Assembly: GCA_017499595.2 (NCBI GenBank)
Contig: CM039005.1
Coordinates: 744,001 to 808,000, forward strand
Direction of reading: 5' to 3'
Length of the DNA stretch: 64,000 nt
Source of the DNA: Psilocybe cubensis
Lineage: Eukaryota
The translations under genes were made by a program, and so were the position numbers. Position 1 is the first letter of the stretch, and every line of letters begins with the position of its first letter. Under the pieces are notes generated by a model. It saw nothing but the letters and a program-made list of their open reading frames with translations. It was not told the DNA's origin and made no database searches. Positions 1 through 12,088 of the stretch are shown in pieces.

Positions 1-140
1 CTGAGCATCCAGGACCGCCGACGGGGTCCAAACCGTCAGCGCAGACCGGAGGGGAAGGCCTACACAGATGTGTAGAGTTCTTGGCCAGAAGCTAAAGAGG
101 TGAAAGTAAAAATTACAGGGTTTGATCAATGCCGGTTCAT
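1..140 (-). pseudogene. Decayed copy (G) of the 12-Cys secreted peptide family, cut by the window edge
   Basis: The reverse strand reads ATG(140), then an early TGA, then VIFTFTSLASGQELYTS, a frameshift, and CRPSPPVCADGLDPVGGPGCS. This aligns with QQPSPPVCAPGLAPQGSAGCW and LAPVGGPGCW in the intact paralogs. Confidence 0.8.
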
Positions 141-258
141 TTTTCAGATATATCCTATACATTCTGGTCTAAAGATCAATTGATCATGTTTACAATTTGC
201 AGAATTGGAGTGCTCAGTGCGCTCCCCATTTTGCTTCATAACCTTTCTTTTACTATGA

Positions 259-1899
259 CTAGGCCATAACAGGACAGTGATGTCGTATTGAGGCAGCCAA
301 TATGTGAATATCATTGTGGATAAGACGAATCGTTGTCCCTGAAGACGACAGTAACGAAATACGATGAACGACTTCCCTGCTAGGACATATTGATGCTAGG
401 ACGTTTTCTTTCTTGCTCCTGTAGTCGTCATCCCAGGTTGTGAGCTCTAGACTGTCAAGAGGGCAAGATTTTGAACAAGGGTTCTCAGGATCTGATCTGT
501 TGATAAAATAGGGAAGAAACTCCCAGAATGAACCGTCCCATGTTTTATAGCCTTGATACCTAAAGGATCGTAGCACAGGAAGGATTTGTGGTCGACGGAT
601 GTCCACGTCGAGCGTCGAAGACTTGGCTATTATGTGGAAAAGCTGGACTGGATCATATCGTATTTGAGCATTAATCCGTAAATCTTCGAGGACCGGCGTG
701 TTAGACAATAACGAGAGCAGTGAAACGTAATCCCATCCGTCTGCATGAATGATAATTCCGAGTGTCGTTAGCTGAGGACCAGAAGCCTCGACAACAGTCC
801 GAATCGAGTTCCAGTTTTTGACGGAGCCTGCTTTTTCAAGCAGGAGCTGTGTGAGATTGGGGGCAGAGAACTTTGTGAAAAAATATTCTAGGTCTCCAGA
901 ACACTGTCCGATTTTGACTTTTCTGAGCGTATGATTGCCAACTTTTGGGTGCTTGGGCATGGTCATGTCCAAGTTCAATAGAACCGGAGCAAAAAAAATG
1001 TCAGTCAATTCACACTCCAACAATTGCGAGGCCTGACGCATTAGCTCGCGCCATTCGTTGAGTGATAACTCAGATTGTGATATATTAATTCTGGTGACTT
1101 GGTTCCAGATTATATCGAGGCAGATAAGTGGAACCCTTATCAGGCGAACCTCACAGGGACGCGGCTTGTGTCCATTATCTGTCCGGAATACAACGCGATC
1201 ATCGTAGTCCGGCTCGATAGAGTTCTCGATGGATAAACCACAAAGATTCGGCATACCCTGCACATTTCCAGAAAACATTTGATAAAGTGCGGCATGAGAA
1301 CAGGACAGACGCAGGATTCGCCAGCGATGTGAAATGGCGTTCAGTCCAGCAATAACGCGTTTGTATTGCGTCCGCCGACGGTCTGGAATGTGTTTAGGCG
1401 CTTCACATACCACAAATAGCGACACGGTCTGGTTTCCAGCCGACGATATCCACCTGTTTAGAACATCTAGTTTATCCAGGGGGCGGCAGAACTCCTGCAG
1501 TATCATTTGGATGTGTGTCCATAGCTGCGGGGAGGACATTGCAACGCTGCGCCAAGTTGAGCATATGGATGCAATGATTAGCGGGGAGTTGGTAATGCGG
1601 AAATTTCTCCAATCTTTCTGCTCCTCTAGGTCTCGAAAGTCATCCTCGACGTAGAACTTGAAAATCTTGCTTATCAATTCGTAAGGAAGAAATCGGGATA
1701 TGGGGTCGTGATGACGGTTGATCTCAGTGCGCAGTTGACGTTTCCGAGGCAATGTAACCTGCTCATGGAGGTTCTGGTATTGGCTACAAAGGGAACAGCA
1801 AGACCCGTTGGACATTTTGCAGGCTTGGATACTCCAGTACGCCTCCGATGGTAAGGCATCGTTTTGAGATTGTCCAGGAACAGGGTGGTGTTCGGTCAT
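259..1899 (-). CDS. F-box-like/LRR protein of the expanded Agaricomycete type
   Basis: Intronless ORF with DPISRFLPYELISKIF...PLIIASICSTWRSVAMSSPQLWTHI (F-box-like) followed by LxxLxL repeats. The first ATG is at 1899; the ORF track extends to 2007 via a non-ATG codon. Confidence 0.8.
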   Translation of the reverse strand: MTEHHPVPGQSQNDALPSEAYWSIQACKMSNGSCCSLCSQYQNLHEQVTLPRKRQLRTEINRHHDPISRFLPYELISKIFKFYVEDDFRDLEEQKDWRNFRITNSPLIIASICSTWRSVAMSSPQLWTHIQMILQEFCRPLDKLDVLNRWISSAGNQTVSLFVVCEAPKHIPDRRRTQYKRVIAGLNAISHRWRILRLSCSHAALYQMFSGNVQGMPNLCGLSIENSIEPDYDDRVVFRTDNGHKPRPCEVRLIRVPLICLDIIWNQVTRINISQSELSLNEWRELMRQASQLLECELTDIFFAPVLLNLDMTMPKHPKVGNHTLRKVKIGQCSGDLEYFFTKFSAPNLTQLLLEKAGSVKNWNSIRTVVEASGPQLTTLGIIIHADGWDYVSLLSLLSNTPVLEDLRINAQIRYDPVQLFHIIAKSSTLDVDIRRPQILPVLRSFRYQGYKTWDGSFWEFLPYFINRSDPENPCSKSCPLDSLELTTWDDDYRSKKENVLASICPSREVVHRISLLSSSGTTIRLIHNDIHILAASIRHHCPVMA

Positions 1900-2537
1900 T
1901 AAGCTAAGTGCGACGTGGTAGGAATCGATTTCAGCCGTAATGCGCAGCGGGAAAATAAGGTTACAAGGCTTCGGATAATACCGATACTCAGAGAACACCT
2001 GTTGCAACGGAACTCATGCTTGGATACCGACGAGATGCAACGGCAGACCTTCAACATCGTTTTAGCCTTGCGATAGAGATGAAAATCAAGAAAATGTTGA
2101 ACATCGATGACTCTGCGGTGTGAGGTTGGATGCAGGATCGGTACGTCTCACCAACTTTTCATTGCTCTCATTTTGTATGCACCCCAAACGATGCAGACTT
2201 TCACACTCTGGAGAGGGATTCCGGTGTAATATCGCGACCCTCGTTGAAACCCCAGACCTTGTAGTGCGTTCTGGTATATTCCCGACTATCTTTGCCTGGC
2301 AGAGACAAAATCGGGAGGAACCGCTCGTACTCTTGGTCAAGAACGGAAAGCTGATGGGCTTTGATATCATTGTACTGAGTCGACTTACTCAAATTTCGTT
2401 CTGATAGGTTCAACTGGGGGTGCTTGGCCATTCAGTAATTGGTTTGGTGGTCATTCCGTTCGCTGCATGGGATTCAAACGTACGGGGTAACACCGCTTGA
2501 AATCCATTTGTTTCCCATTTACAAACAGATTTCCTAT

Positions 2538-3604
2538 TTATTTATTTGCAGCCAATTCCTTTTCGACAGCGTCTGCCATCTCTCCCAGTGTCTCAAACTT
2601 CCAGCTCCATTTCTCTTTTGCGCCGGGCCCGTCTGGATCAACATTACACGTCACGGCGCTCTGCCTGTCAATCCATACGCTGCGCATCCCGAGGTTCTTC
2701 GCTGCGACGTGGTCGTGGGGTATGCTCTGGGCGACGGACAACGCCTTTTCTTTCACATCTTCACCCTCTGCCAGCTCAAGGTCACCAAACAGCTCCGGGT
2801 GTACTTTGGCGTACTCCAATATCGCGCGGAATCCCCCCAACGCGGGCTTATAGCACCCGACATCCTGCGCCGTGACTATCAGCGTGAAAGGCGATTTCGA
2901 ACCTTTGGCCTCTTGAGGATGCCAGAAACGGTTGGGATTGGGATCGGGGTACGTGTATGTCCTGATGTCAGAGGTGATGGTGTCGCGAGTGGGACCCTCG
3001 GAGAGCAGCGCATGCGTGTGGCGGAAGGAGTCACGGTCAACGTTGGAAAGTACGACGAGCTTGAAGTGTTTCGCGAGCCGTCGGAGTGCGGCACAGGTGT
3101 CGGGGAATATGGTCCAGTTCTGGATCGATGCGCCAAAAGCTTTGTGCTCGTCGTCGCTGCCGGGCGAGGCTGCGGCAGCCTGTGTTTCTGCACCTGCAGA
3201 TCCACTTGAACCTGCTCCCGCGCTGGAGGTGGCCTCTGCCTCACCTGGAGCCAGGAAAGGGTTATCGCTGGGCGCAACGCCAGATTGAGCCTTCAGCCTA
3301 TCTTCTAAGCGTTCGTGCACTTTTGCCAGGAGCTCGCTGTAGATCATCTCGGGATACTGCACTTGCAGATCAGACTCGACTGAGCCAAATGCTGTGAGAG
3401 CGTCTTGGCGTGACCATGTTTTAGAGGCGGGATATCGCTCCAGCAAAGGCTTAAGAGCGTCATGAATTCCTGACTCCCAGTCCTATAGAAGAGTCTGATT
3501 AGGAACACCGCGATAGGGGCTAAACGGAATTCACGCACTGCCAATGTTCCATAGACATCGAAGATCAGGATTTTGTGATCTGTCAATTTCTTTTGAGGTG
3601 ACAT
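2538..3604 (-). CDS. HAD-superfamily hydrolase, haloacid dehalogenase type II-like; 2 exons (3604-3539, 3482-2538)
   Basis: Splicing joins motif I FDVYGTLA|DWESGI across a GT..AG intron. Also present: LVVLSNVD (motif II), YKP (motif III) and VAQSIPHDHVAAKNLG (motif IV). Confidence 0.9.
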
Positions 3605-4558
3605 TTCAGCTTATGCTTATGACGAACAATAAACCGAGGTTGTGGTGGGCAATGTGGGTGTGGAGCGTTCGATATCGATGGCTAAGCTATGATAACATTC
3701 CTTTTGAGGTCACGGTGGTGAGTCAACGTCATTAGTCGCCACATGCAACTTTGGTGATCGTCGGTGCCGCTGGCGACTGCGAGTCTTCGCGAGCGAATCT
3801 TGGCGCAGTATTCGACTGTGCGCTGTCTAGGCTCATTGATTCCCACCAGAATGCAGACTGCGTATTCCTGGCGGAGATTGCAGTATACTACGCAATAACT
3901 TGTGTCTTCAACTTCGCCAGTATCATTATAAAGCTCGAGGCTGGTGGGATAGGTGACAGCTGAGCAGTGGGCCTCCTGAGAAAAGTTTTCAGGCTCTGCC
4001 GACGGGCTTCGACCAACCACATAGACAATTCTGTTTCCAATCCGTTTGTAGATGCCGCCAATCAACTCGTCTTCACTTGATCAGACGATGCGGTCTTTCC
4101 ATACCTACCTACCTACAGCTGTTATCTGTCCCAGGTCCAGGTGCGTGTGTGTATGTCTATGGTCGTATATGCGCGTCATTCTGTAATGCCCCAGATCTCA
4201 TACTCTTACTCATCCAATCGGAGTAGGAAAGTTGGACAGATGTGACGTTCGTTTTAAAAGGTTTAAGAGCAAATTCTGCAGGATTAAACCTCGAGTAAAC
4301 TGCTTATCACCAGTAGTGTCATGACCTGAAGCCTCGTATACGCTATGCATTAGCATTGGTCCAGCTCAGAAGTGAGATACCAGTACGTCCATATATCTTT
4401 TCTGTATCCAACCATAATATGGTCAGTATAGCACCGTGGCCCACGTATTATTTATACTGTGAAATATTATAGCATACTGCTTGAATAGAAGGGAAGGATG
4501 GTCATACCATACCAGTTCATTGAATGACTTAATTTCAGCAATTCTAGGCGAGCAAAAG

Positions 4559-5545
4559 CAGTGGTGGCATAGTCGGCGACTTAGTCGGAATAGTCGTATG
4601 ACTATGCGGCTTAGTCGGAAATCCGACTAGACTAGACTAAGTTCCCAAATATAGGTCGATATGAAGTCATAGTCGGGACTTTCCCACGTTCAAATGTGCA
4701 CTTCGTCACAGATTCATAGTCTGCATACATTTTGTCTTTGGTACAGTAGCAGAGGAATAAATACCTTTGAGTGCACATAAATTGTAAATATACTATCAAT
4801 GTTATCCTCAACACCATAATCAACATATTCATTTCACCATGTGCATCAAGATCAAATAGGTCATACAATTCTAATTCTTCATGCAAGCTTCCAACTTCAC
4901 TTTGCTTTGCATGTGGGATCCAAATAGCATCCTGTAAAAAATTAAACCAGCTCATAGTTAACCTACTTTTAGGTGTTCCCAGGTCTTCCGGAATATTTTC
5001 TGGGTCTCCTCATTGATTAGGCAAGAGGTTAGTTGAGTAAGATGAGTAAGATTGGATTGTGACTGGCCTGATTGAGTTTGCACCTCCGTAGTTAAATACA
5101 GTCCGGATTTCAGATCGATGTTTGGGCTGATATAAAGAAGAAGTAAAAATGTTGGAGGTTGTTTGGGGTGGGACATCACCTCGCCGTGGATGTGATTCGC
5201 CGTCGGGCCGCTTACTTGATCCACAATCAAACTCCGACACGTCTCAAGATGGCGCACAAACTGCTGTAGTACTTATCACACGCAAAATGTAAGTAAAATA
5301 GATTTGAATCGTCTGGCATACACTGTAGGAATTGTTTTTGGAGTGTACACAATTATTAAAATTGTCAACGCAGATTTGCCGTGCCTCTGTCTAGTTGAAA
5401 CCCAGATTGATCAAAGTTTTATTTTACACGTGATACTTAGTCTGGAAAATTTTCCATTTTTGGTGATAGTCGACGACTTAGTCGGACTCAGTCGACTTAG
5501 TCGGGTCCCGACTATCGACTAAAGTCGCCGACTATGCCACCACTG
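4559..5545. mobile_element. Non-autonomous hAT-type DNA transposon (MITE-like), 987 bp, copy 1
   Basis: 24-bp perfect TIR CAGTGGTGGCATAGTCGGCGACTT. 8-bp TSD AGCAAAAG at 4551-4558 and 5546-5553. Subterminal AGTCG/CGACT repeats. Near-identical inverted copy at 37721-38707. Confidence 0.95.
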
Positions 5546-5968
5546 AGCAAAAGGGTTTATTTGGTTGCCAATTTACAGCTATTTTCATATCGATAGGCCC
5601 AACCTCAAAATATATTCATACAGTCGGCCTTGAATTTTTGCGTAACCGAGTTACATAAGGAATGCTCCGATGTTGAGTTTATGTCAAACTATGGTACGAT
5701 CTGGCAGCAAAGCGTCGACATGCCTTTCAGTTTGAGAAGGGAATGGCTTTAGGCGTGCTGATAATGTGGTGGTATCGACATTTGTTCTCATAGCTCAACT
5801 TTTTGTAAATACTCATTGACGATTTTGCGAGTTTCCGTGATTTTGGCGTCTTCAAATTTTATGTTCCGCTTAATAAAATTCGTTGTCCGTGTATGTGTAA
5901 ATTTAGGGAATAGGTCTATCGATATGAAAATAGCTATAAAGAGTTCTCGTCCGATGTAAAATTAATTT

Positions 5969-6277
5969 TTACAATTCCTCGTACCAGCAACAGTTCCAGC
6001 AACCTTCGTAACGTGCAAAGGCAAACGTATCCCTTCCACATTTAGAAGGCGGCGATGATAAACATGCCCGTGTGCAGGCTATAGGGCGTTCGGGTTTCGG
6101 AACTTCACAGCATTTTTCACCTCCCCAGCATCCAGGACCACCAACAGGAGCCAAACCTACGGGACAAGTCGGCGGGTCGGGGTTACACTCGGTTATACAA
6201 GAGAGTTTGTCGTCTGTCGCTACTACTGCTGCAGAGACGAACACAAGAATCGATGCGACGATAGCTGTGTATTTCAT
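5969..6277 (-). CDS. Small secreted 12-Cys two-repeat protein, copy A (102 aa; loops CITEC/CTRAC)
   Basis: Signal-peptide-like MKYTAIVASILVFVSAAVVA followed by two six-Cys repeats; paralogous to five other near full-length copies in the window. Confidence 0.9.
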   Translation of the reverse strand: MKYTAIVASILVFVSAAVVATDDKLSCITECNPDPPTCPVGLAPVGGPGCWGGEKCCEVPKPERPIACTRACLSSPPSKCGRDTFAFARYEGCWNCCWYEEL

Positions 6278-8341
6278 GTTTACTGTGTACAGATCTGTCA
6301 GGATCGTCAACACAATCGTGACGAAAAATTGGATGTGTACTCACCGGTGGGTACTTTTGGTCAAGACTGGGGACCAAATTCGTTTTCCTCCCGCCTTTTA
6401 TGTTGTGCGGTGGTGGCCTATCATGTAACTCGGTTAGCGTTGAGAGGTAAAAAGATGTTCTATTCGGTTCCTAATGACTCTAACCTTCGGCCTTTGTCTC
6501 CTCCTTCAAGTTTAGCAACTCAGAATGCCGAAATTTATTTGCTTAGGAGCTCCATATTTCGGTCGTTCTATGCAATCCCTGTGCCCAATACCTTGTTCCA
6601 ACGTGCTTCATTCGAATAGTTTTGTCTCATATGCTATTTAATCAAGTATATTACCTTCAACGCCAAAGGAACCTTCAATATACAGTTGCTATAGCCTATC
6701 GGCGCTCGCCAGGCGCCTTGGAAAAAAAACTTACGTTAGCTCCTGGAACCGAACCGAAGACAACGACGCCCCAGCTCGCTGCGTCATACTTCCTGTAATT
6801 TCTTCTAGCATGCCACTTCTCCGCCACAAATCGACAGTAGCGGTTCCCTGTTTCAAACCTCTCCCAGCGTGTCCTGACACAATGTATCAAGCTTCTCAAA
6901 GGCACATCCTGGCGCATCACATTAGGGCTTGAACGAGATATACAAATTTCTTGGTCAGAAGCTATACTTAAGAGGTGAAAATGAAAATGGCAAAACAACG
7001 TGTTGGGATGAATGAGAATTCCCATTGTGGTTAGCTACAAACAAGTTGCCTCAGAATGGTGACAGTGCTTGCTGTTTCCATCAGGAGATGTGTGATGATC
7101 TTTACCACACTGTCAAAAACGCCTAGCGTTTCGAAGGCTTGAGGCAAAATGCGCCTATGGCATTACATTATCACTATGTACTCGTGGTGGGACTTGGTGT
7201 TATTGCCACTACTTGTTGTAATCTTAAAGTCTTGTCGTTGAAGAGAGCAGAACTCTTTAAATTCATCACACCCACACTTTTTGTTACTTGCCAAAATGCA
7301 ACGTAGATTTAAGAAAATGTTTTGAATCGATAAATAAAGGCAATAATTCTTGATAATAAGCAGCGAGGATGCTTGAGCATCTCAGTGATGCTCCGTACAC
7401 ATCAAATGTATGATTAAACTGCATGATGTAGTATTCGAACACTCGACGCTGCCCTAAACAGGCAATCACGCACACAACCCCAAACGTAGTAATCCACACA
7501 TGGTCCGTGCGCTCTCGGCAAACCCTCATAAGCCCTTCCGCCACATCCGTACATCCCATACTTACCTTGATGGCGTGAGTCCCTTCACCTACCTGGGTTT
7601 ACGGGCATCGGGGGTGCTTCATAGCACGGCGACCATTGTCCTCAGAGCGCACCCGCGGCTTGCATGGGCTTTCACGCACATGCACCGTCGCTATATTTTC
7701 CTGTCCCGCATTGGCCACTCTGGCTAAGCGGGCGCTTCTTTTTGGCTTTTGGTGGTCCTAACCCTAACCTTGTGGACTGTTGTATGTGTAGTGTCAATTA
7801 ATTGGATAACCTATTAAACAAGTGTCACAGTGTATATGTCCCGTTTTGCCAGCAAAAATAAGTTTACGCTATGCAGATGTTAGGGTAAAATGAATACTCC
7901 GCCTTCCTTGTTTTCTGCTGTGTACGCAGCCGACGGGGTTTTCTGATTTCGCAAGTCGTTCATTGATAATGGCCCGGGATGACGTTCTGACCCTTATTTG
8001 GTTTATAACAAGATGTAACACAGCACAGTTATCATACTTACTATTGGCCATGTTCACAGTCATGGTGAGTACATGCCATTTGAATGTCGAGACTCGATAT
8101 CTGACGGATTTATCATAAAAAAACTCATACTATGGGTTAGGTTAGGTTAGGTTATATTAGGTTATGGGTGATCCATAGTTTTCAAGTTTTGCACAGTCAC
8201 ATGAATGATTTGCTAAGCGCCTCAGTGGAGACACATCGATTAGGTCGGCACTCCTGCACGTCCACCAACAGGCTCCTCGAGCAACTTCTCCATACCACCA
8301 CTGTGTACACGGCTGAATCTGTGGTTAGAGGAAACTCCGCT

Positions 8342-9988
8342 ATGGTACATACACCTCCCGTAGTGTGCACTCGATGCTGTCTTACTGCCAATTGCGCGTT
8401 CATTCACAACATCGATTCAATACCCAAATGTCTTTCTCGACTCTGCGATGCCTGCGCAGATCTTCTCGCACTGAACGAGCAAATCGATGCTGTCCAACAA
8501 CAACTTGATTCCCTCCTACGACGACGACAGGAAGTGAAAAGCAGGGTTAATCGCCAGCACGATCAACTCACGAATCGATTGCCTCTGGACATTGTTGCAG
8601 AGATTTTTCATCTGGTCGCGGGCTCCGTGGAACTACCAGAAGAAAAGGAGGCCTGGGGTATACCGAATTTATTTCCGACCGCTGGGCCTCTGCTCTTGGG
8701 CGTTGTCTGCAAATGTTGGCGCGATATAACTTTAGGTCTTCCTCGGCTATGGGCCACCGTCTGTATCGAAATAGGTGATCTCTCAAATATTCAACCAGTC
8801 GAGCAGTGGCTACAGAGATCCTCCAAAGCACCATTAGACATCTTGGTCTCCAGTGATGGCTGCTTAGATTCAAAGGAATATACCTCGATCAAAAAACTCT
8901 GGAACCTCCTTCGGCCTCATGCCACGCGTTGGAATAGATTCAGCTTCTTGGGAAGATGGGAGTATTTTTATGATTTATTCCACAATCTGGATAGCATTCT
9001 TCAGCTGGATACCCTTGAAATAAGTATAACCGGAATGGAGACCTGGGACTTGCCGCCGATCAAACTGGAACGCCCTCTTGGTCCCAGAAATCTCTTCATT
9101 GACAATGTGTCTTTGAGCCAGGTTCCTCTTCAATTCGCCAATCTCACCTACCTACACATGGATACCATACAGCTTGGGGAAATTCTGCACATAATTTGCC
9201 ATGCGCCTAATCTAACCAAATGTATTATTGGAATTCAAGACGAGGTGATAGAACCCTTGGATTCGGGGATGCATTATCCATTGCCTTCGGGTCCTATCGT
9301 ACACCGATCGCTCAAATTTGTAGAAATGGATTTGGACACTGAGGACCTACTCGTACATCTCACTCTCCCTTCACTGGAGACATTTGAGTGTGAATGTTAC
9401 TCGTCGCCGGAAACTTTGGACAAAATCGCTGAATTCATGGCACGATCTGCACCCACACTTAATAAATTTCTATTCAATGCAAGCCAGGGTCCCCTTCCAC
9501 CCCTCTGGTATGAACGCCTTGGAGGCATCACACACCTGTGCTTGTACCTCTATGGAGACCCGGAAAATGAAAGTATAGGATGCGACTTTCTTCGTGCTTT
9601 GACCGATACATCAGCCAACGCGGTCCTTCCACACCTACAGGAGATAAATATCGGCACCTTTGACATGTCGGACCTCCTTTGGTCAAAACTATGCGAAGCT
9701 GTTATTGCTCGGGGGAAATGCGCTTCGATCATACAGGATGACGTTGGGGATGGTTATGCACAGGCGTTGGGATCAGTCTGGGTTCATGTAATGTACGACG
9801 ACATTGTCCGCGCACTACACCAGATTTCACAGCCGGACGTTGCGTCATCGATTGAGCGTATTAGGGCTTCAGGCGTTCGATTTGAGGTTGTGGACAAAAA
9901 CAACATCGATATGGTATTCTGTGCTTCTCGCCTCGTCGTAAATTCGTTGTTGCCCTTTTCAAGGGAATTGACGTTCCCTTTCTATTGA
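8342..9988 (+). CDS. F-box-like/LRR protein with N-terminal Cys-rich motif and coiled coil
   Basis: CTRCC..C..H..C..CDAC, then a heptad stretch, then RLPLDIVAEIF...PLLLGVVCKCWRDITLGLPRLW. Paralog of 35409-37304. Start inferred by alignment; the ORF is open from 8168. Confidence 0.8.
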   Translation: MVHTPPVVCTRCCLTANCAFIHNIDSIPKCLSRLCDACADLLALNEQIDAVQQQLDSLLRRRQEVKSRVNRQHDQLTNRLPLDIVAEIFHLVAGSVELPEEKEAWGIPNLFPTAGPLLLGVVCKCWRDITLGLPRLWATVCIEIGDLSNIQPVEQWLQRSSKAPLDILVSSDGCLDSKEYTSIKKLWNLLRPHATRWNRFSFLGRWEYFYDLFHNLDSILQLDTLEISITGMETWDLPPIKLERPLGPRNLFIDNVSLSQVPLQFANLTYLHMDTIQLGEILHIICHAPNLTKCIIGIQDEVIEPLDSGMHYPLPSGPIVHRSLKFVEMDLDTEDLLVHLTLPSLETFECECYSSPETLDKIAEFMARSAPTLNKFLFNASQGPLPPLWYERLGGITHLCLYLYGDPENESIGCDFLRALTDTSANAVLPHLQEINIGTFDMSDLLWSKLCEAVIARGKCASIIQDDVGDGYAQALGSVWVHVMYDDIVRALHQISQPDVASSIERIRASGVRFEVVDKNNIDMVFCASRLVVNSLLPFSRELTFPFY

Positions 9989-10538
9989 TGCACCAAAAAT
10001 ATTTATATTTTACGAAAAATATGACCACCGAGCTGTTGTTGAACGTAATAGAAGAGTCTCAAAACGCAAGGTGCGAGGTTGGTCGCTGTACTGGACTTGT
10101 TCTTATTATCAGTATTTGCCCGGGTAGATTAATCCGAAATTTCCCTCTTCACTCGACTGAGTCATGATTTAAAAGTGCCTTATACATATGCATCCGTATC
10201 GTATACATGCCATGAAAACCACTGTGACCTTACGGCTCCTGAGTGAGGTTACAGAGGTTACACCCTGCCTGATTTGAGTGGCAAGTTTTATGAAACACGT
10301 ATACTCCGGCATCCAGGTAGACCACGTAGCGCTCACCCTCCAGCCCTCAACTACACAGCATACACCGCACTGCGTGGCAAGTGCGCGTCTGGCTTCCCCA
10401 GATAACCATGCGGCAGGCACACCTCTGCAGATTTTATTGCCTCCCTAGGTTTTGATACCAGTGACTTTGAATTCAATGGCAATATTCAATTCATGACCAA
10501 CCAACTTTTCTTCAGAGGCTAAAAGTTAGGGACTAAAT

Positions 10539-12088
10539 GCTACGACCTCGCGTATCTAACGACAACTAGAACCATATAGTACCTGGCCAGGGTTGCCAAT
10601 GGTTTGGAGGTAAATGGTTCTAGGCTGCAAACTAGTAGACTTGGTAAGCGAATTATTTCTGCAAGGTCATGCATGGAGGGATATAGTTGTTGTACAAGTT
10701 GTACTTAACTTATATATGGTACCGGCAGGTGCATACGGCACATATGGATGCGGCAGACTCCGCATCTGAGTTGGGCCAATGAACGCGAGGGATATCTATC
10801 TTGTTTCCCGTCGACAAACGAACTAAGGTAGCTTCCGAGAAAGATCAATAGTAGTACGTCAGGTAAAGGTATCTGCGATGTATGTGGAGTGAGAGAAGGC
10901 GAGAAAAAAACGAGAAGTCTAACGGTCTGAACTTGGAACCAGCAGAAAACCAAGAAGGCGACATCTAGCCTTCTTATTGGCACATTCGTATAATCAATAT
11001 AGGCAGTTTTTGAGTGAATGAACGTCGGAGTTCCGAGTCACCGACGTTGAATTCGACGCCTAAAGGCCAAAATGGTTCTGATAGATGGCTGCTCTTGGAT
11101 GACTTGAAGGTTCTTCGCAAACATAAGCATGGATATGTCAGTCCAAGCAATATTACTTACCACTGTAACAGCGGTTGGTATCATATCTTCAAATTTTTTT
11201 GGAGTATTCATGATACACCACTGGGTGTGGCCGACCGCTAAGCGCCGTTGAAAGTTGTTGCATCCGTTGCTATTATGGTCATATGATAGCCCATCTTCGT
11301 TGTTCAGAATTCTTAGAACCTTGGATTAGTTACTGGAAACAGACCAACCTAGTCAAGCTCAAGGGAGCTAGTGACTACCGCGCACCGTTGAGATTCCAGC
11401 CCGAACAATCCAATTTAAAAGGCAGAGTGATTGTAAGTGAATACTCCAGTTCTTGACCACAAGTACTACTTACATCGGTGAGTGTACATCACAGAGTTAC
11501 CATGCGACATGCTGAGCCTGTCCGTTTATTCAAAGATTGAACATCGACGTTGACAAAAGCAACAATGAAATACTCAGCTATCGTCGCCTCGGCTCTGGCA
11601 TTTGCATCTGTTGCTGCCGCTTCAGAGGATGCAGTCTGCACGAAAGAATGCAACTTTTCCCCGCCCACCTGTCCAGCTGGTTTAGCTCCAGGGGGGGTCC
11701 TGGATGCTGGGGAAATGTAGGCTGCTGCGATGTTCGAGACCCAGAGCGCAAGATGGCCTGCACATACATTTGTGCAAATGGCCCACCGTCATGCACGGGA
11801 GATACTTTTGCGTTCGCAAGCGCCGAAGGAGCATGCTGGAGTTGCTGCCGGTACCTGTAAAAATTGCCAGCTCGGATTGCAGTTCAAAATTGCAGTACTA
11901 TTTTCGCTTCAGAGGATGACTCTTTAAATTGACAAATATATCATAAAAAATTTTGCAACACATTGAACGGACAAACCTTAGTGACGCCTAAATTCCTTCG
12001 ATTCAGACAAAAGGATAGAAGGTCATTCATTCAGCACAAATGAAGACTTTGGGCAGGTTGGGCATGGCCGCATGTTTCAGTGAATCAA
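10539..12088. repeat. About 1.55-kb segment duplicated in inverted orientation at about 55345-56868 (promoter + peptide gene + 3' flank)
   Basis: Shared anchors GCTACGACCTCGCGTAT, ACTCCGCATCTGAG and GGCCGCATGTTTC.GTGAATCAA occur here and as reverse complements at 55.3-56.9 kb. Confidence 0.9.
11565..11860 (+). pseudogene. Copy B of the 12-Cys peptide family with a 1-nt frameshift in a G run (or an assembly error)
   Basis: MKYSAIVASALAFASVAAASEDAVCTKECNFSPPTCPAGLAP is followed by G7 (11691-11697) where twin E has AAGGGGGG (8 nt). This gives TAG at 11718-11720. The remainder GGPGCWGNVGCC...CWSCCRYL is intact in the shifted frame. Confidence 0.8.

Noticed and set aside
4632-5522. Short ORFs inside the hAT element (also 37744-38634)
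   Set aside because: No recognisable intact transposase; at most degraded remnants, duplicated only because the element is duplicated.
7757-8165. Telomere-like CCTAACCCTAACC and (GGTTA)4
   Set aside because: Only 2-4 units, internal and of mixed type; not enough for a telomere or a defined element.
10252-10427. Short imperfect inverted repeat CAGAGGT...ACCTCTG
   Set aside because: Only 7 bp perfect and no TSD.
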